A DNA stretch of 64,000 nucleotides from Phoronis australis. Its lineage: Eukaryota > Animalia > Phoronida. Positions 11,201 to 23,616 of this stretch are shown piece by piece. How positions within the stretch are numbered: position 1 is the first letter of the stretch; each line of letters begins with the position of its first letter. Made by a program: the position numbers and the translations under genes. The notes under the pieces are model-generated. The model saw only the letters and a list, made by a program, of their open reading frames with translations. It ran no database searches and was not told where the DNA came from. Location: the NCBI GenBank assembly GCA_002633005.1, contig NMRA01000073.1, positions 644,150 to 708,149 on the forward strand. Reading direction: 5' to 3'.

Positions 11201-14200
11201 AGGCTGATAAGTATAATAATTATACCTATAATTAGTGTAATAATTGCGATCGTGATAACCCTTCCACTAACACTACTACCTTTTCATCGACAAGTTCGGT
11301 AAAATCTCATAAATTTCTGGGAAAATTGATTGCCAAAATAACCATTTTTATTTTTTCAAAAATCTTCTAACATTGTCGTGAATGCCCACAATCTTACAAT
11401 ATATTTCGTGATGGTAGCTACAGTACAGAACTTGGACATGGAAGAGGATTCACTTGATGCTACATGTTTTTGATGAGAAAACAGAATTTCACTTGTTCAT
11501 ATTGTGTGCAGATGTGGTAAGGTTTATCCGTTTGCGCATTCAACAACTCACCTGCTGTGTTTTCTGAATTTCATTTCTGTTTTCTTGTGGAACTGTGTCA
11601 CTAATGCATACACTTGATTTCAGTTGTGTATGGCGTAACGACAGGCTTTGGAAAATTTGCTCGAGTAGTTATTGAAAAGGAAAAACTAGAAGATCTGCAA
11701 GATAATCTAATTCGTTCACATGCTGCTGGTAAGTAAAAGCTTTTGTTGGACGGAAATTCAGCAAATGCTGCTGTTGCGTTTTCCTGTTATTGTGTGTTGA
11801 ACGGGCATGACACAGCTATCACATCTAACTCCCAGTAGGCCTACTGATTGGTTACACATTTCTGTTTTTTGTGCATATCCTTTGTTTTTAGTTGGTAAAT
11901 TACACAGTGAACTGGTGCTTTATAGGTGTTCGTTTTCTTTTTAATTGGGGTTATTCATCAGTGGAGCCTGGGGTATATGTTACAGTCAATGCATTTCCGT
12001 TGAAAACATTATTTATTTGTGTGCAGGTGTGGGAAAGCCTTTGCCACCAGAGCGTACCCGCATGTTACTTGCTTTAAGAATCAACGTCTTGGCAAAGGGT
12101 TACAGCGGAATCTCGGAGAAAACTCTCGACCAATATATCGACGCGTTCAATGGTGAGCAAAAGCTGCTGGCTTTTCTGTCGTTTGATGTCCTTTTGCGTT
12201 GATTTGAAATCACAGTGTCTATGGCTCGTGGAACCGCTGAATCTGTAAGATGATTATCTGTATTCATGGAGCTGGATGCAAAAGAAAGTGACTTTGCATG
12301 CTTCGTCAGTATGTCAAACAACTAAGCTTGGATTTCAATTGCTCACGTGACCTAAAGGCTTGATGTTTGTAATGCCGGAATATTGAGTCCTACCACACAA
12401 GGTGAGCACTGATTCTAGTCTCTATGGACACCGATTTTTATGTATACTCGCCTCTGAAATGAGAAGAGTTAATTTTTTGTTACTTCAGCGTCGTGTCTTC
12501 CTTGGGTTCCTGAGAAGGGAACGGTTGGTGCCAGCGGAGATCTGGCGCCGTTGGCTCATGTTGCGCTTGGAATGTTGGGTGAAGGGAAAATGTGGAGTCC
12601 GCAAAGTGGCTGGGGAGAAGCGAAATACGTAAGATTGAAACCCATTCAGGAATCATGGTATTAAAGTGTCGACTGTAGGGAAAATTATACTTCTCTCTTA
12701 TGTTCTTGGACTTATTTTCGTGGAAATTTCGATTTGAAATGTTGCGTGCCGACATGCCGTCGCATACAACAGTTTGCCAGACTAAAGCTGTAAGTTGAAT
12801 GAACCGTGAGTAGTTTGGTAATTGTTGATGATAACGGCTTATCATTTTGACACATATAAATAGTTACCAGAATAAAAGAAAGTGAAACAGAATAAAATAA
12901 AATAAAACAGAGACTTTATTATGTTTAATATTCGCTTATTCTTTTACTGCAGAACTTTTACGCTGCATGAGCCCACGCTCTACAGAAAGGCTATATTTTA
13001 CATCAACTGTTCTGGGGTTTAGTGTTTACTTCAATTTCTTGGCTCTTGTTCAACGTCTCGTCATGGGATTGCTACAATATTTCAATTACACTAAGCCAAG
13101 TACATGTTACATTTGTCTCTCACAACTTACTTAAATCTATAGTTGAAATACATAAATATTCACAAAATATTTCCTATATTTGAGTCTATCCAGTACCTAC
13201 GCTGGTATGACATAATGTAAAATAGTTTACTTCACTTTTCTATTTCCACTAGATGTCTGTTTCTATTTGATTGGGGAGATTTTGATCACTTGATTACAGA
13301 ACTTTACCAGCTGGAGCAAAATAGATTCTTAAAAACAAATGAACATTAGACTTGGCGCATTGTTATAAAATTGATCTTACCTTGTTAATTACTCAACATT
13401 AATTAATGTTTGCACGAGGACATGATCTTGAAAACTTTTCAAACTGTCAGTTCGTCCAGAAACACTTCTAAAGATATTTACACCACTGCCACAGCTTATT
13501 AATTTGTCTGAATCATAATGTGTTGTATTCACGTGGCGGGGTATAATATATTATCTTTTTATATCCAATATAGATGAAAAATTTTGTAACGAATTAATCG
13601 TATTTTATATGCTGATCATTTTTGTGATTAAATTGTTAATATAGGTACTTGATTCTCACGGCCTCACACCAATACATCTTGGACCCAAAGAAGGACTGGC
13701 ATTGATTAATGGAACTCAGTTCATCACAGCTCTTGGATGTGAAGGTACAGTAACAGAAGCTAAAAGGCACCGACTTTATTTTGATGTACCCATGTTTAGG
13801 AGGCTAAAACAGAAAACGATTTAGGGTTTTTTTATAAAATCGGTTTCATAACATTCCTTGTCGGAAACGGATTTCATTTCCACTGCCAGTAACCCAGCGA
13901 CTCAAGAAAACGTCTCATAGTTTATTGGAAGTTGGCCAACCTAGACTGCGAATTCGGAAATGCCACATGTACGTACATTGTGGCTTGAGCTGGTAACGGA
14001 AATGGAATCCTATCACGGTAAGGAATATTACGAGACCAACTTTATGAGCATTTAAGTTCTAATTCGATACTCGCTTTTAGTCCGCTCAAAAGGGTGAAAT
14101 TGGCTTTAAACAGATAATCTAAAATTCAAGTGTTTGAATCTGTGCATAGATGTTTTCAGGGCATGAGTGAGACTTTTTTATTGATTTTTAATTCACTTTT

Positions 14201-17200
14201 TGTCGTCTTTTTCAGCTCTTGAGAGAGCCAGTCTAATCGCCCAGCAGGCAGACATTGTGGCAGCCTTGAGCTTGGAAGTGCTGAAAGGGACTACTAAAGC
14301 ATTTGACAGAGGTGAGTGACGTTATGTGAATCAGTGGGGGGATTCAGAGAGAGACCTAAGGGGTTTGGAACCACTGCTTGGCCACTTTTGCACGGTTATT
14401 AACCAATACTCAATGACAGTGAATGTAGACGTATGACAGAGAATTGTTGGGAACTGATTTTTCTGTCCATGTACAGCGCCACTGGGCCCAAGGGCGTCTG
14501 TGCGGAACTGCTCTTATATGCGAAATTTACGCACATGTGCCACTATGCAAACCACTTGTGTATAAAAGGTCGCGAAGAAAGGTATTATTTCGGATATAGA
14601 CCATTGTCCTAAAGACGCTACAATGTGGTAAACACTAAAGTCTTGAAAATACGCCAAGGAACTCCAAAGATACAGAGGCAAATGGCCATTAGGAGGCACA
14701 GCAGTAGTCAATACGGTACACATATATACGAACTGAAGCATGGGGCTTCGCAGGGGACATTACCTGGGCTTATATGCAAAATTTCATGATTTCGGATACT
14801 AGCCCACGGGCTTAAAGGCGCAGCAATAGTGTGATTTACTGTACTATATTCATTACCAGACTTACACGCTCTAAGGCCACACAAAGGTCAAGTGATGGTG
14901 GCCCGTCGTCTGCGCTCCATTCTACACTCTGACACATTTCCGTCAGAAATCGCAGAGAGTCACAGGTTTTGTAACCGTGTCCAAGACGCGTACACACTGC
15001 GGTGCTGCCCTCAGGTACATGGCATCGTCAATGACACGGTGGAGTTTGTACGAAACATTCTGACCACGGAGATCAACAGTGCTACCGACAACCCTGTATC
15101 CTTTTGGTCACATAGAACATAAATCTCGTTTTCCTAAATTCATGCAATTACTAACTAGTTAAACATGCGTAGCACAAATAATTAAGTATTCTTAAAAAAT
15201 TCAATTTTCGGTATTCTATAAAACAATTTTAATTTCTCTTCATAATTTGGGTTGAAACAACTGAGGATAACAAGTTATTACAATGTTATATTCAAAAATG
15301 TTGAAAGAAAGAAAGTTTTTCGTACATTAAAGATCGGTTATTTTCAGTTTAGTAATGAATTAATAATTTTGAAAAAAGTATTTCTGTTGATATGAGGTTA
15401 TTTATTACGTGTGTTCTAATTTGAGTGCTAGATTTTTCTTTAACTCGATAAGATGGTATTTGCTGATCGTGGAGAGACCATATCTGGAGGAAATTTCCAT
15501 GGAGAATATCCTGCTAAGGTACACAAGTAATGTTGTATTTATAATTGATTAGGAAAGACTGCTAAACTAGCAGCACCGTCTCTCACAGTGATTATTCGTG
15601 GTTTGGGGTGGAGCCCTTTACGTGATACACCATTGACCGATGCCCCCGGGGAAACTAGGACGCAAGGCCCTCGCATAGATATCGGTAGATAGTTGTGTCT
15701 ATGATTTACTATTTTTATTTCTTTCTATTGTTCAATTTGTTTTTATTTCATATAATAAAGATAATGATAAGCATTTATCAGTAACCGACTGATGGGCACC
15801 CGAGGTACGATATCTGTGCGACCTGTGTTGTTATATCCAACAAAGACGCATCCAACTGAAACAGTGGTATCGTCCCATAGCCTGTTACATGGATCTTGCA
15901 AGTTAAACAATAGCTTGTCAAATCCATACATCATTTGGCATAGGTAGAGGACATTTATTGGCGTTCTCCAGAGTAATGAGAGCAGGAAAGCGACTTTCGC
16001 TTGGACGCGACTCAGATGCAGTGGATAGAATTTTACGTGCTACACAGTGGCTCATTAGTTTAAAACCAGAGGAATAAATCCCATTGTCTTCTATCTAATC
16101 TATTTTAACTTTTTGCCATCGACCGAGATCAAAGCTCTACCTTCATGTCAGTCGCAGTCACTAATTTCGCAGGACGTAGATTCTTCATCACAATAGTAAG
16201 TATATTGAACATGATGTCCTTCATCTATTGATATTTCAAGAGGTTTGCCTTTTTCAAAAAGCCACCAGTGCACTCCACCACACAGCAGTGGAAATTTCCC
16301 GCCATTGCGATAGCAGAAAGGAATTAAACGCTGTCTGTACCAGTAGGTTGAACCCTTCCGTCACATTGCATGGGATCATAGGTGGCTCTGAACGCCTGCC
16401 CACCAAAGACCTGCCTCCCGTTCAGTAACGCTAGGACCTCGCTGAAAAGCAAGACTTCGCGAGATTACGTGAGATATTGCCGTGAATTTTAAATAAGAAC
16501 ACGTGACTTTGACTTGGTTTTAGCAGGAAGAAATAACCAGTTATCTCTTCCTGGTTTTAGCTAGGTCCTAGCATAGGTCCTAACGTCTACTGAACGCACG
16601 CCTGATCGCCGTCTGGCGTAACTGCGAATTTCCGAGAGGATTTCGAAAGTCGGCTATTTGGAGTTCTTTCATAGATTGAATAGGACCTATTCATAGTCAC
16701 TTGATTTACTTGAGTTTGACATGTGTTACTTCTGTACTCGGCTGAGTTGCCACGGTCATCAGCTACCTGCCATCATGGGCGGATCCAGGGCAGAGTATTA
16801 GCCAGGATTTTGCCTGTCAGACATTGGCACTCCCGAACTGCCCAATGGAGAATTTTAAGGGGCCATGGCCCCTTGGCCCCCCTCTAAATCCGCCACTGGC
16901 CATGTTTATTATCTGCCAGTGGATCAAACCACTTCTTACATTATCTATTGTAGCAGTTGTTTAGTTTTCTTATTTCATTCATACTTGCAGAATTACCAAG
17001 GACTCGAGAATCACGGTGCATGGAAACTTTCTTCAGCCATATTTAAAGCCATTTTGATCACAAGTTACAGTATTTTGTACATTTCTATTATTTTGAAGCT
17101 CGTAGCAAATCTTCGTTGTTTGAAAAAAAACTAACTATGTCCGCTATTCTTTGCTACACACGTCAAGCATACGCGTGACTGCCTAATAACATGTAGCCTT

Positions 17201-20200
17201 GCATACAAGCTTAAGCATATCACTTGTTGGCTTATGTGAGTTCGGTGTTGAAGTGTGTCTGCAAGAGCAAATGTAACAAACGTGTGATCTGGCAAGATGG
17301 TTTGCATTGTTCACTAAACATATCGGATTTCCATGAACGCCATGTGCATGTACATACAGCTTCATCTATAATCAAAATCATAGTACATGTGTAAAGAAAT
17401 AGCGAACTGTCGGTTCTTCCCGAGCAATGACACTTCTAATCCGAGTAAGGAACACTTCAATCACATCAGTCATTGGCCATAGTAGGATCAAAAACGGACA
17501 AGCGCCGCACAAGTTAAAAGTTTATGTTGATTCAACGTTTCGTCTATTCATTAGACATCATCGGGTTATACACAATAAGACATCAAGTGTCGTCATACCA
17601 GTCAGGTTACATATATGCAGTGAAATAAGACTAGCACGAGAGCTCTGTGTGTTATTCAGAGAACCAGCAGCATGCTGGTCCTGAATGGCCAATGACTCTT
17701 TAATGTAGCAGGCATACAGTAATTCCTTTATAGGTTCTTTACAGTTAATACTGACTGAATTGGCTTGGTGATTGTTGCTAACACAATGTTTATAGTCTTT
17801 GCTTTTGTCTGAGGTGTGATGTTCTTTCAGCCTGTCAAAGAGGCGTCTCTGTGCAAGTCCGATATAGAATTCCTTACAGTTATCACATTCAACCTTATAA
17901 AAATCATTGCTATTGTTTAACAAAGGGATAGGTGACTTCAGTTTACACAACGTTTTCTTTTCTCTCGGTTACACTGGGCCCAATAATTTGAAATTGAAAC
18001 GTCAATTATCTCGCCTAATACTTTGCATAGACCCAGCCGTTGAGCTGATAGTTGTTTTCAAACCTCTTCGTAAATTTTCCAATATGCTATGGGGCGTCAG
18101 CTTTAAAGGGACATTATAGATATTGAGGTTACAAAAATTGGTAGAATTGTTTGAAGGGACAATGTTTTTGAATTGCAAGCTATTGACCAGGGTTATAAAA
18201 CAACAAAATTTGTCAAGCTTTGTGATTTTACTATAAATCCCCGATCTGCTGTGTTGTCTACCAGACATTTGCTGAAGTGAAGGCAACTGACTGCCAGTAT
18301 AAAGTGTTTAAATCCACCAACTTTATTTCAAAAACACCAAAACAACTCCCCCAACGATCATTAGCTGTCAGATTAGAACACCCGCAAATACTATCTGGCG
18401 ATATGTTAATTAACTGATCTCAAGTTACAAGCAATTATTGGTCGATACCTACTACGTAGATTCGGGACATCCAACTGCAGCATGCGTCCTCATATATTGG
18501 TGCTCGTTTTCCCGTGGTTAGGCGTTATTTCTGTGGTGTATTTGACCACGATATTGTTTTTTTTTTCATTTTTAGCGGTACTACAAATTGTAACACTGTG
18601 ATTGGATGTCAAAGATAACTAGGTTAGCCATGACGGGCAAAGCATATATGGCGGACTGAAATGGCCACCGGAAATAATGCGAACAATACTAATGCATCTC
18701 CATTAAGAGTGTCATTTAAAGACTGATGCAACGTGTTTTGATTCATGATTTATGGTGTTTTCTTTTCCACTGCTGTGAGTTAACGTGTGTAAACAAACAT
18801 GAAAACGTAGGGGCGGATCCAAGACTTTTAAGAGAGGGAACGAATCAAGAATGTTTTTAAAAAGGGGGTCCAAGTCAACAATTTGAAAATTCTAGATTTG
18901 ACATCACTAAAATTAAGAGAAAAGGGGGCTTCGGGCCACCCTTGCCCCCCAGTTGATCGGTCTATGCACCTAACGGTCCAAGTAGAGTTCACTATTACGT
19001 GCCACGTATTCACCGCGTCTAACTTGAAGTTATTACATTTTGAAGTCTGTGTGGACATTTTCTGGTTTTAAGTATAGTACTTCTTTATCTAACTAACAAG
19101 CACAGTTGCGTCAGACAAGTGAAATTCTCGTTCGTCTAATTTCCACAAAACAAATATTAAGAAAAATTTAGTTGATTGCCAGCATAGTTTATATTGTGAA
19201 AATGTCATAAAAACATTTCGTAAAGTTTCCATTATCTTCAACAGGGCAATCGCCCTTCGAAAAATAGAAAAGTCATAATTTTTTTGCAATTATTTTTGTG
19301 CGAAATACATCTAAGTGGAAAATTGCGGTATTTTCAAAAGGTTGGGTTTTACGTATACGTTTCGTTCTTGAATGAAAACACGAATGATAGTGATAAATTT
19401 TTTGATATGCGCTAACTGCGAAGCGTTACCGAAGCTAGTTTACAGTGAAACAAGACGTATAGATGAGATAAAAGGTCATATATATTATGACAAACTAAAC
19501 TACTACAGATATCGGCAATTACAAAAATTATATAATATGTTGAACTGTAAAGGTGGGTGACAATCTGCCACAGATGCAGCAGAAAGATGCATCCGCCCAC
19601 AAATGTTTATATTTATAGGTATTGGACTATCTGGCAATTGCAGTCCATGAGCTAGCGGGCATGAGCGAACGCCGTATGGAGCGACTGATCAACCCTGCCT
19701 ACAGCGAGCTCCCGGCATTCCTCACCAACAATGGCGGACTGAATTCTGGAATGATGATGGCGCATTGCACGGCAGCTTCACTGGGTACATATCTACTGTA
19801 GCTGACCGAATGTATAAGTCTTGGGCTCCCTTTCTCTAAGAGAGCCATTTATGTTCTAAAGCAGGAATGACAATTAACACACCTCACTTATAACCTATAA
19901 CCCTTACCAATCATTTACTGTACTACTCCACTCCATAGTATAATTACCACTGCCACNCCCCCAACTAGTGAAGTTATTGGACCACATACAGGTGTTTTCA
20001 TATACGAACTGAAATTCTTTACCACAATGGTAACATAAGTTATCTGCCTGTAAGGTTATACAGATCATGAAAAAAAAGTTTTGACCCAGAAGTTACCCAT
20101 TCACAATGCAACATTTCACTTTCTTATCTGTCGCTTTCTTTGATTGATTGGGCTCCTGTGCAAACTTAGGCATTGTTGATAAGGAAAAACAACGTTCAGT

Positions 20201-22493
20201 GTCGTTGCAGTCTTGCGGCACGTTATGTACACTTTATCACTGCCTTTATAGTGTCTGAGAACAAAGTGCTGTGTCACCCATCGTCAGTCGATTCCTTGCC
20301 CACCAGCGCAGGCACAGAGGACCACGTCAGCATGGGTGGGTTCTCTGCTAGGAAAGCCATAACTGTCGTTGAGAACGTGGAACAAGGTAAATAAATATTA
20401 CGAGCTTTGCATACTCACTGTTAAAAAGCGATAGGAGTGGTATTTCAGATAGCGAGATGGGGTCCCAACCACAATATTCAAAGGACACATAGATGTGATC
20501 TCTACAACCTACTAACGGTATTCCAAATACTTTTTTGGTGATGCCAATAGGGGCCTGGATTCGTTGGACCTTCTCTCGAAATCTTCCCATAACAAGGGGG
20601 AACGGGAGCTGAGATAATAGAAGGGTTTTTTGAGCAGAAAGGGACAGGGACCGGGAAAGAGACGGAGAACTGGTAAGATTTGCCAACGAATTCATGAGCG
20701 CATAGACCAATTTTGTCGAAGCTGGAAAAAGAGAAGAAAATCAGTATTTCCATGTTACACTTATTAGTTTCAAAGAAGTTACAACATCTTTGCCTGCATG
20801 TTTCTCGGGCGAAAACCAGTTGTATCTTTTTCTTGAAAACTTAATCTGTTTATTTTTTCCCAAAATAAGCCCATCTGTAAAGTTCAAGACGGACCAAATT
20901 TTAATTCTCTGCCCCTTGTGAGATTTTAGAAAAAAAGAAGAAAATGCGTGCTAGACTGTATAAGCATACAACACAAACCGGGAAAGTTTTGAGAAGAAGC
21001 TCCAATCCTATGTCCAGCGTTTAACTTGTAATGCCCAATAATTTGATGTTTTGGAACATCCGGGTATTTTGTTTACGTCCATGGCTTGTGTTCGTATTAC
21101 GGCTATTCATTGATGTTGACCACATGTTTTCTATAGTTCTGGCCATAGAGTTGCTCATGGCATGCCAGGCTGTTGAATTCCTGCGACCGTCGAAAACGAC
21201 CGAACCACTGGAAGCGGTTTACACTTTAGTACGCAAGTTCGTGAGGTGAGAAAAAAGTTTGGCTTCAAATAAAAAGTGGAAATGACAGTCTCCAACAGAA
21301 AAAATATCTTAAGAGTAATTGCATTGCAACTAATGAATTCATACAACACTTACAATTGCGGAGAGTTTCCGCAGTGTTTTTCTGGAATGTTGCTTATTTA
21401 TCCCACAAATGAAAAAGTTGTGCAATCATTAGCTGTGTTATGCTGTAGAAAAATTTCTTCAATTTGGCACACAATATGGTAGAACACTGAAACTTTATTT
21501 CATCGATATCCCCCCAAGAAAACTAAGCAGGAACAAATTTTATTTCATCAATATTCTCCCCCCCCCCAAAAAAAAAGAACTAAGCTGGAAGAGTTATTTC
21601 ATTATTCTCGCACTTTACATTGCACAGCAACAACAAACAAGGGGAATTTTTTTACAATGCAATAAGCTTTTGAAAAAAGGCAGTTATTTCTGCTCGTATT
21701 GGAAGAGACATTACTGTAAAGGCTACTAAGACTACACAGTATACACAATTGATTTGAGTGGGATTAGTTAGAGCTAAGACAAGCCAGAAACTTTTCGGTA
21801 ACCACATAGTTACAACATAAAAAAAAATATAACATCAAATTAGAAAGAACACAAGAAACAACAGTGTTATAACAGTTCGTAGTGAAATGTGATGTTTTTT
21901 CAGGCCCTGGGACAGAGATCGGTTCATGTCACCTGACATCGAGGCCACCACCAAACTGTTGAGAGAGGGACAAGTACGTAGATGGCGTGACTGTTGCCTA
22001 GTGACTGAATAACGGAATGAACTATGGAATGTACATGTGCATCATTTACGCAGAAATGTGGGCGAAATTTTGTGCTGAATCTTAACTAATTCTGTGCACA
22101 GAAGTGAAAATTACGCTACACAATAGACGCTCAGTCGATGTTGCTGCACGTATTAAGAAGGGGTCATTAAACTCACCTGGTCACTATTCTTATTTTTTTG
22201 TATGCAAATGTTCGTTCATACAACCTCTAGTACATTATTTGATTTCCCCCAAGCAATCTGCACTGACTGTGTGATACTTATATCGTCTGCAGGTCTGGGA
22301 TCTAGTGAAGCCTTACATGGACAGTTACCATAAGCAACAAATACTGGATACACCGGTTCACTCCCCCACATCCGTCCATGTGAACAATGACCATCCAGTT
22401 CACGTTTCTTCCTTTGATGTGAACGATAATTTCCCCAAGGATGAGCGAGCGGGACCTCCAACCAAGAAAAGGCGTGGGGCAAAAAAGTGTTGA
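4991..22493 (+). CDS. HAL: Histidine ammonia-lyase (histidase), 16 coding exons, ~678 aa
   Basis: Exons 4991-5234, 8364-8430, 9491-9593, 10103-10175, 11624-11728, 12027-12152, 12489-12628, 13645-13744, 14216-14311, 14860-15095, 15453-15518, 19619-19784, 20252-20386, 21137-21245, 21904-21973, 22293-22493. They sum to 2037 nt, all introns GT-AG, phases consistent. Motifs: Par3/HAL N-terminal domain ([12 protein letters not shown]), [12 protein letters not shown]-forming [62 protein letters not shown]. Confidence 0.96.
6247..6485. mobile_element. PIF/Harbinger-like MITE in HAL intron 1
   Basis: Ends GGGCCCGTTCTAAGAAAACTGACTT and AAGTCAGTTTCTTGGAACGATCCC form an imperfect inverted repeat; CAG on both flanks (6244-46, 6486-88) is a 3-bp TSD. 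Confidence 0.6.
6968..7090. mobile_element. hAT-like MITE (CAGGGGCGGATCC...AAATCCGCCACTG) nested in another small MITE
   Basis: Terminal inverted repeats; GCTAT duplicated at 6963-67 and 7091-95. The host element has an uninterrupted twin at ~7134-7206 (ATGGGCGGCGC...GCGCCGCCCATG). Confidence 0.7.
8364..8430 (+). CDS. HAL: HAL exon 2
   Basis: TTTCAG|...[22 protein letters not shown]...|GTATCCTTTT; phase 1 to 2, closes the frame between exons 1 and 3. Confidence 0.85.
8431..9490 (+). other. HAL: U12-type (minor) GT-AG intron, HAL intron 2
   Basis: 5' site GTATCCTTTT; branch-like TACTTGAC 9470-9477; 3' end AAACTACATACAG without a polypyrimidine tract. Confidence 0.82.
9491..9593 (+). CDS. HAL: HAL exon 3
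   Basis: [34 protein letters not shown]; donor AAG|GTGAGG. Confidence 0.9.
10103..10175 (+). CDS. HAL: HAL exon 4
   Basis: [24 protein letters not shown]; TTTCAG| and |GTATGA. Confidence 0.88.
11624..11728 (+). CDS. HAL: HAL exon 5
   Basis: [35 protein letters not shown]; |GTAAGT. Confidence 0.93.
12027..12152 (+). CDS. HAL: HAL exon 6
   Basis: [42 protein letters not shown]; |GTGAGC. Confidence 0.94.
12489..12628 (+). CDS. HAL: HAL exon 7 (MIO Ala-Ser-Gly at 12530-12538)
   Basis: [47 protein letters not shown]; |GTAAGA. Confidence 0.95.
13645..13744 (+). CDS. HAL: HAL exon 8
   Basis: [33 protein letters not shown]. Confidence 0.93.
14216..14311 (+). CDS. HAL: HAL exon 9
   Basis: [32 protein letters not shown]; |GTGAGT. 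Confidence 0.93.
14860..15095 (+). CDS. HAL: HAL exon 10
   Basis: [11 protein letters not shown]...[16 protein letters not shown]...EINSATDNP; donor |GTATCCTTTT. Confidence 0.95.
15096..15452 (+). other. HAL: U12-type (minor) GT-AG intron, HAL intron 10
   Basis: 5' site GTATCCTTTT; branch TTTCTTTAAC 15435-15444, then TCGATAAG| with no polypyrimidine tract. Confidence 0.88.
15453..15518 (+). CDS. HAL: HAL exon 11
   Basis: [22 protein letters not shown]. Confidence 0.94.
16419..16596. mobile_element. Small MITE / inverted-repeat element
   Basis: CGTTCAGTAACGCTAGGACCT and AGGTCCTAACGTCTACTGAACG form an imperfect inverted pair; internal hairpin CAGGAAGAAATAAC/GTTATCTCTTCCTG. Confidence 0.45.
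16774..16898. mobile_element. hAT-like MITE, same family as 6968-7090
   Basis: CATGGGCGGATCC...CTAAATCCGCCACTG; shares internal AGGGCAGAGTATTAGCCAGGA with the 6968 copy; GCCAT duplicated at 16769-73 and 16899-903. More diverged family members near 2623-2809, 18808-18968 and 28502-29454. Confidence 0.7.
17390..18330 (-). mobile_element. Decayed Penelope-like retroelement (RT C-terminus plus GIY-YIG endonuclease) in HAL intron 11
   Basis: ORF 17558-17950: [28 protein letters not shown]...IKESLAIQ...SLNN, the PLE GIY-YIG pattern (YxIxCxxCxxxYIGxTxRxLxxRxxEH ... ExxxI ... LN). Boundaries approximate. Confidence 0.8.
17534..17564 (-). ncRNA. Degenerate minimal hammerhead-ribozyme-like motif of the Penelope element
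   Basis: Minus strand reads CCGATGA-T-GTCTA-ATGAA-TAGAC-GAAACGTT: core CUGANGA with one U>C change, perfect 5-bp helix II, GAAA, palindromic ACGU. Located at the end of the GIY-YIG ORF. Confidence 0.55.
19619..19784 (+). CDS. HAL: HAL exon 12
   Basis: [55 protein letters not shown]. Confidence 0.94.
20252..20386 (+). CDS. HAL: HAL exon 13
   Basis: [45 protein letters not shown]. Confidence 0.95.
21137..21245 (+). CDS. HAL: HAL exon 14
   Basis: [36 protein letters not shown]. Confidence 0.93.
21904..21973 (+). CDS. HAL: HAL exon 15
   Basis: [23 protein letters not shown]. Confidence 0.92.
22293..22493 (+). CDS. HAL: HAL exon 16 (last), stop TGA
   Basis: [12 protein letters not shown]...SPTS...[12 protein letters not shown]. 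Confidence 0.88.
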   Translation, partial: VWDLVKPYMDSYHKQQILDTPVHSPTSVHVNNDHPVHVSSFDVNDNFPKDERAGPPTKKRRGAKKC

Positions 22494-23009
22494 GATTTCT
22501 TGAGAAAGCGAAACAAGCGAACATGTGGCAGCTGTGTAGAGATTTATTTTCTTTCATAAAGATAGAGATGCCGGGAATGTAATTTCCTAAATTCAGCCTA
22601 AAAAATGCAGAGAACGAACATAGATCTTGTAGACGACGAGGTAGGTGGCTGAATGAGAGAGACCACGTTGAACTGAACAAAGGAAATATGGGCGACCAAT
22701 CAGGTGTCCATAGAGAAATATTTGAATACAAAAGTAGGCCCTTGAGACTATAAATAGAAATGAGTCATGCAAAATAGACCCTAAGGATTGATATCAAAAT
22801 AAAGAGACAGATGTCAAAATCATGACGATAAATGTATTTAACAAGTCAGTAAATTTAATTTCCTGCCAAGGACAATCAGGTTTGACTAGTCTGATACTTT
22901 TTGAGGTGCTTCAGACATGCACAAACAACAGAACTCAGATTACTCTGCATATATCATGCACCGCAGTGGAATTCATGAGAACCTTTAGTAATCATAAGGT
23001 TGTTTGTGT

Positions 23010-23040
23010 AATAAATAAAATAATAAAAATAAATAAAATG
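23010..23040 (+). terminator. Cluster of AATAAA polyadenylation signals, probable HAL 3' end
   Basis: Several overlapping AATAAA ~520 nt after the stop, followed by GT-rich TGTGTTTTGGTGG near 23077. Confidence 0.5.
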
Positions 23041-23616
23041 AGTATTGCATATTACAGAATATAAACAATCATCACTTGTGTTTTGGTGGTCCAATCGAAA
23101 AGTTAGAATTTGAATGGAATCTAGACTATGTGTTAGTGCTCGGTCATGTATTTATGCCATAGGTGCTTAAATAAACGAAAACTTATTTTTTCTTTGTAGG
23201 GAATGCTTGAATACATAGTCTATTGTGGGTTGCTTTTAAAACAAGTATTTAAAGCCCCTTAATTAAAAATGTTCACTATACTTTCCTTTATCAGAGATCC
23301 TAACATTCCAGTCACTGTTCATAATGTTGCTTCAATGCCAGTATTTTTGCATTATATTTAATCGAGAGAGAGAATATTTTGATTTTGTAGGAAAGTAAGT
23401 GGTTTGCATGTTATGCTAATAATTGACAACGTAAATCGACTGATTTACTTGGCGTGCCAGGCAAACTTAGACCATAGTTAGGTGTGACGTGAACTTGAAA
23501 CCAATATTTTTCTTGTAATGAAGTAATAAACACCGTATTTGTGGAATTTCAAATGTCTTTCTTCTTCTCATACTTTCTCGGCTCCAGTAAGTAAATAAAA
23601 GGCCGGTAATGTGAGA

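Noticed and set aside
22216-22731. 171-aa minus-strand ORF overlapping the HAL last exon
   Set aside because: Antisense shadow with no recognisable domain; the same applies to the plus-strand ORFs over the DOCK exons (46146-46567, 58658-59125).
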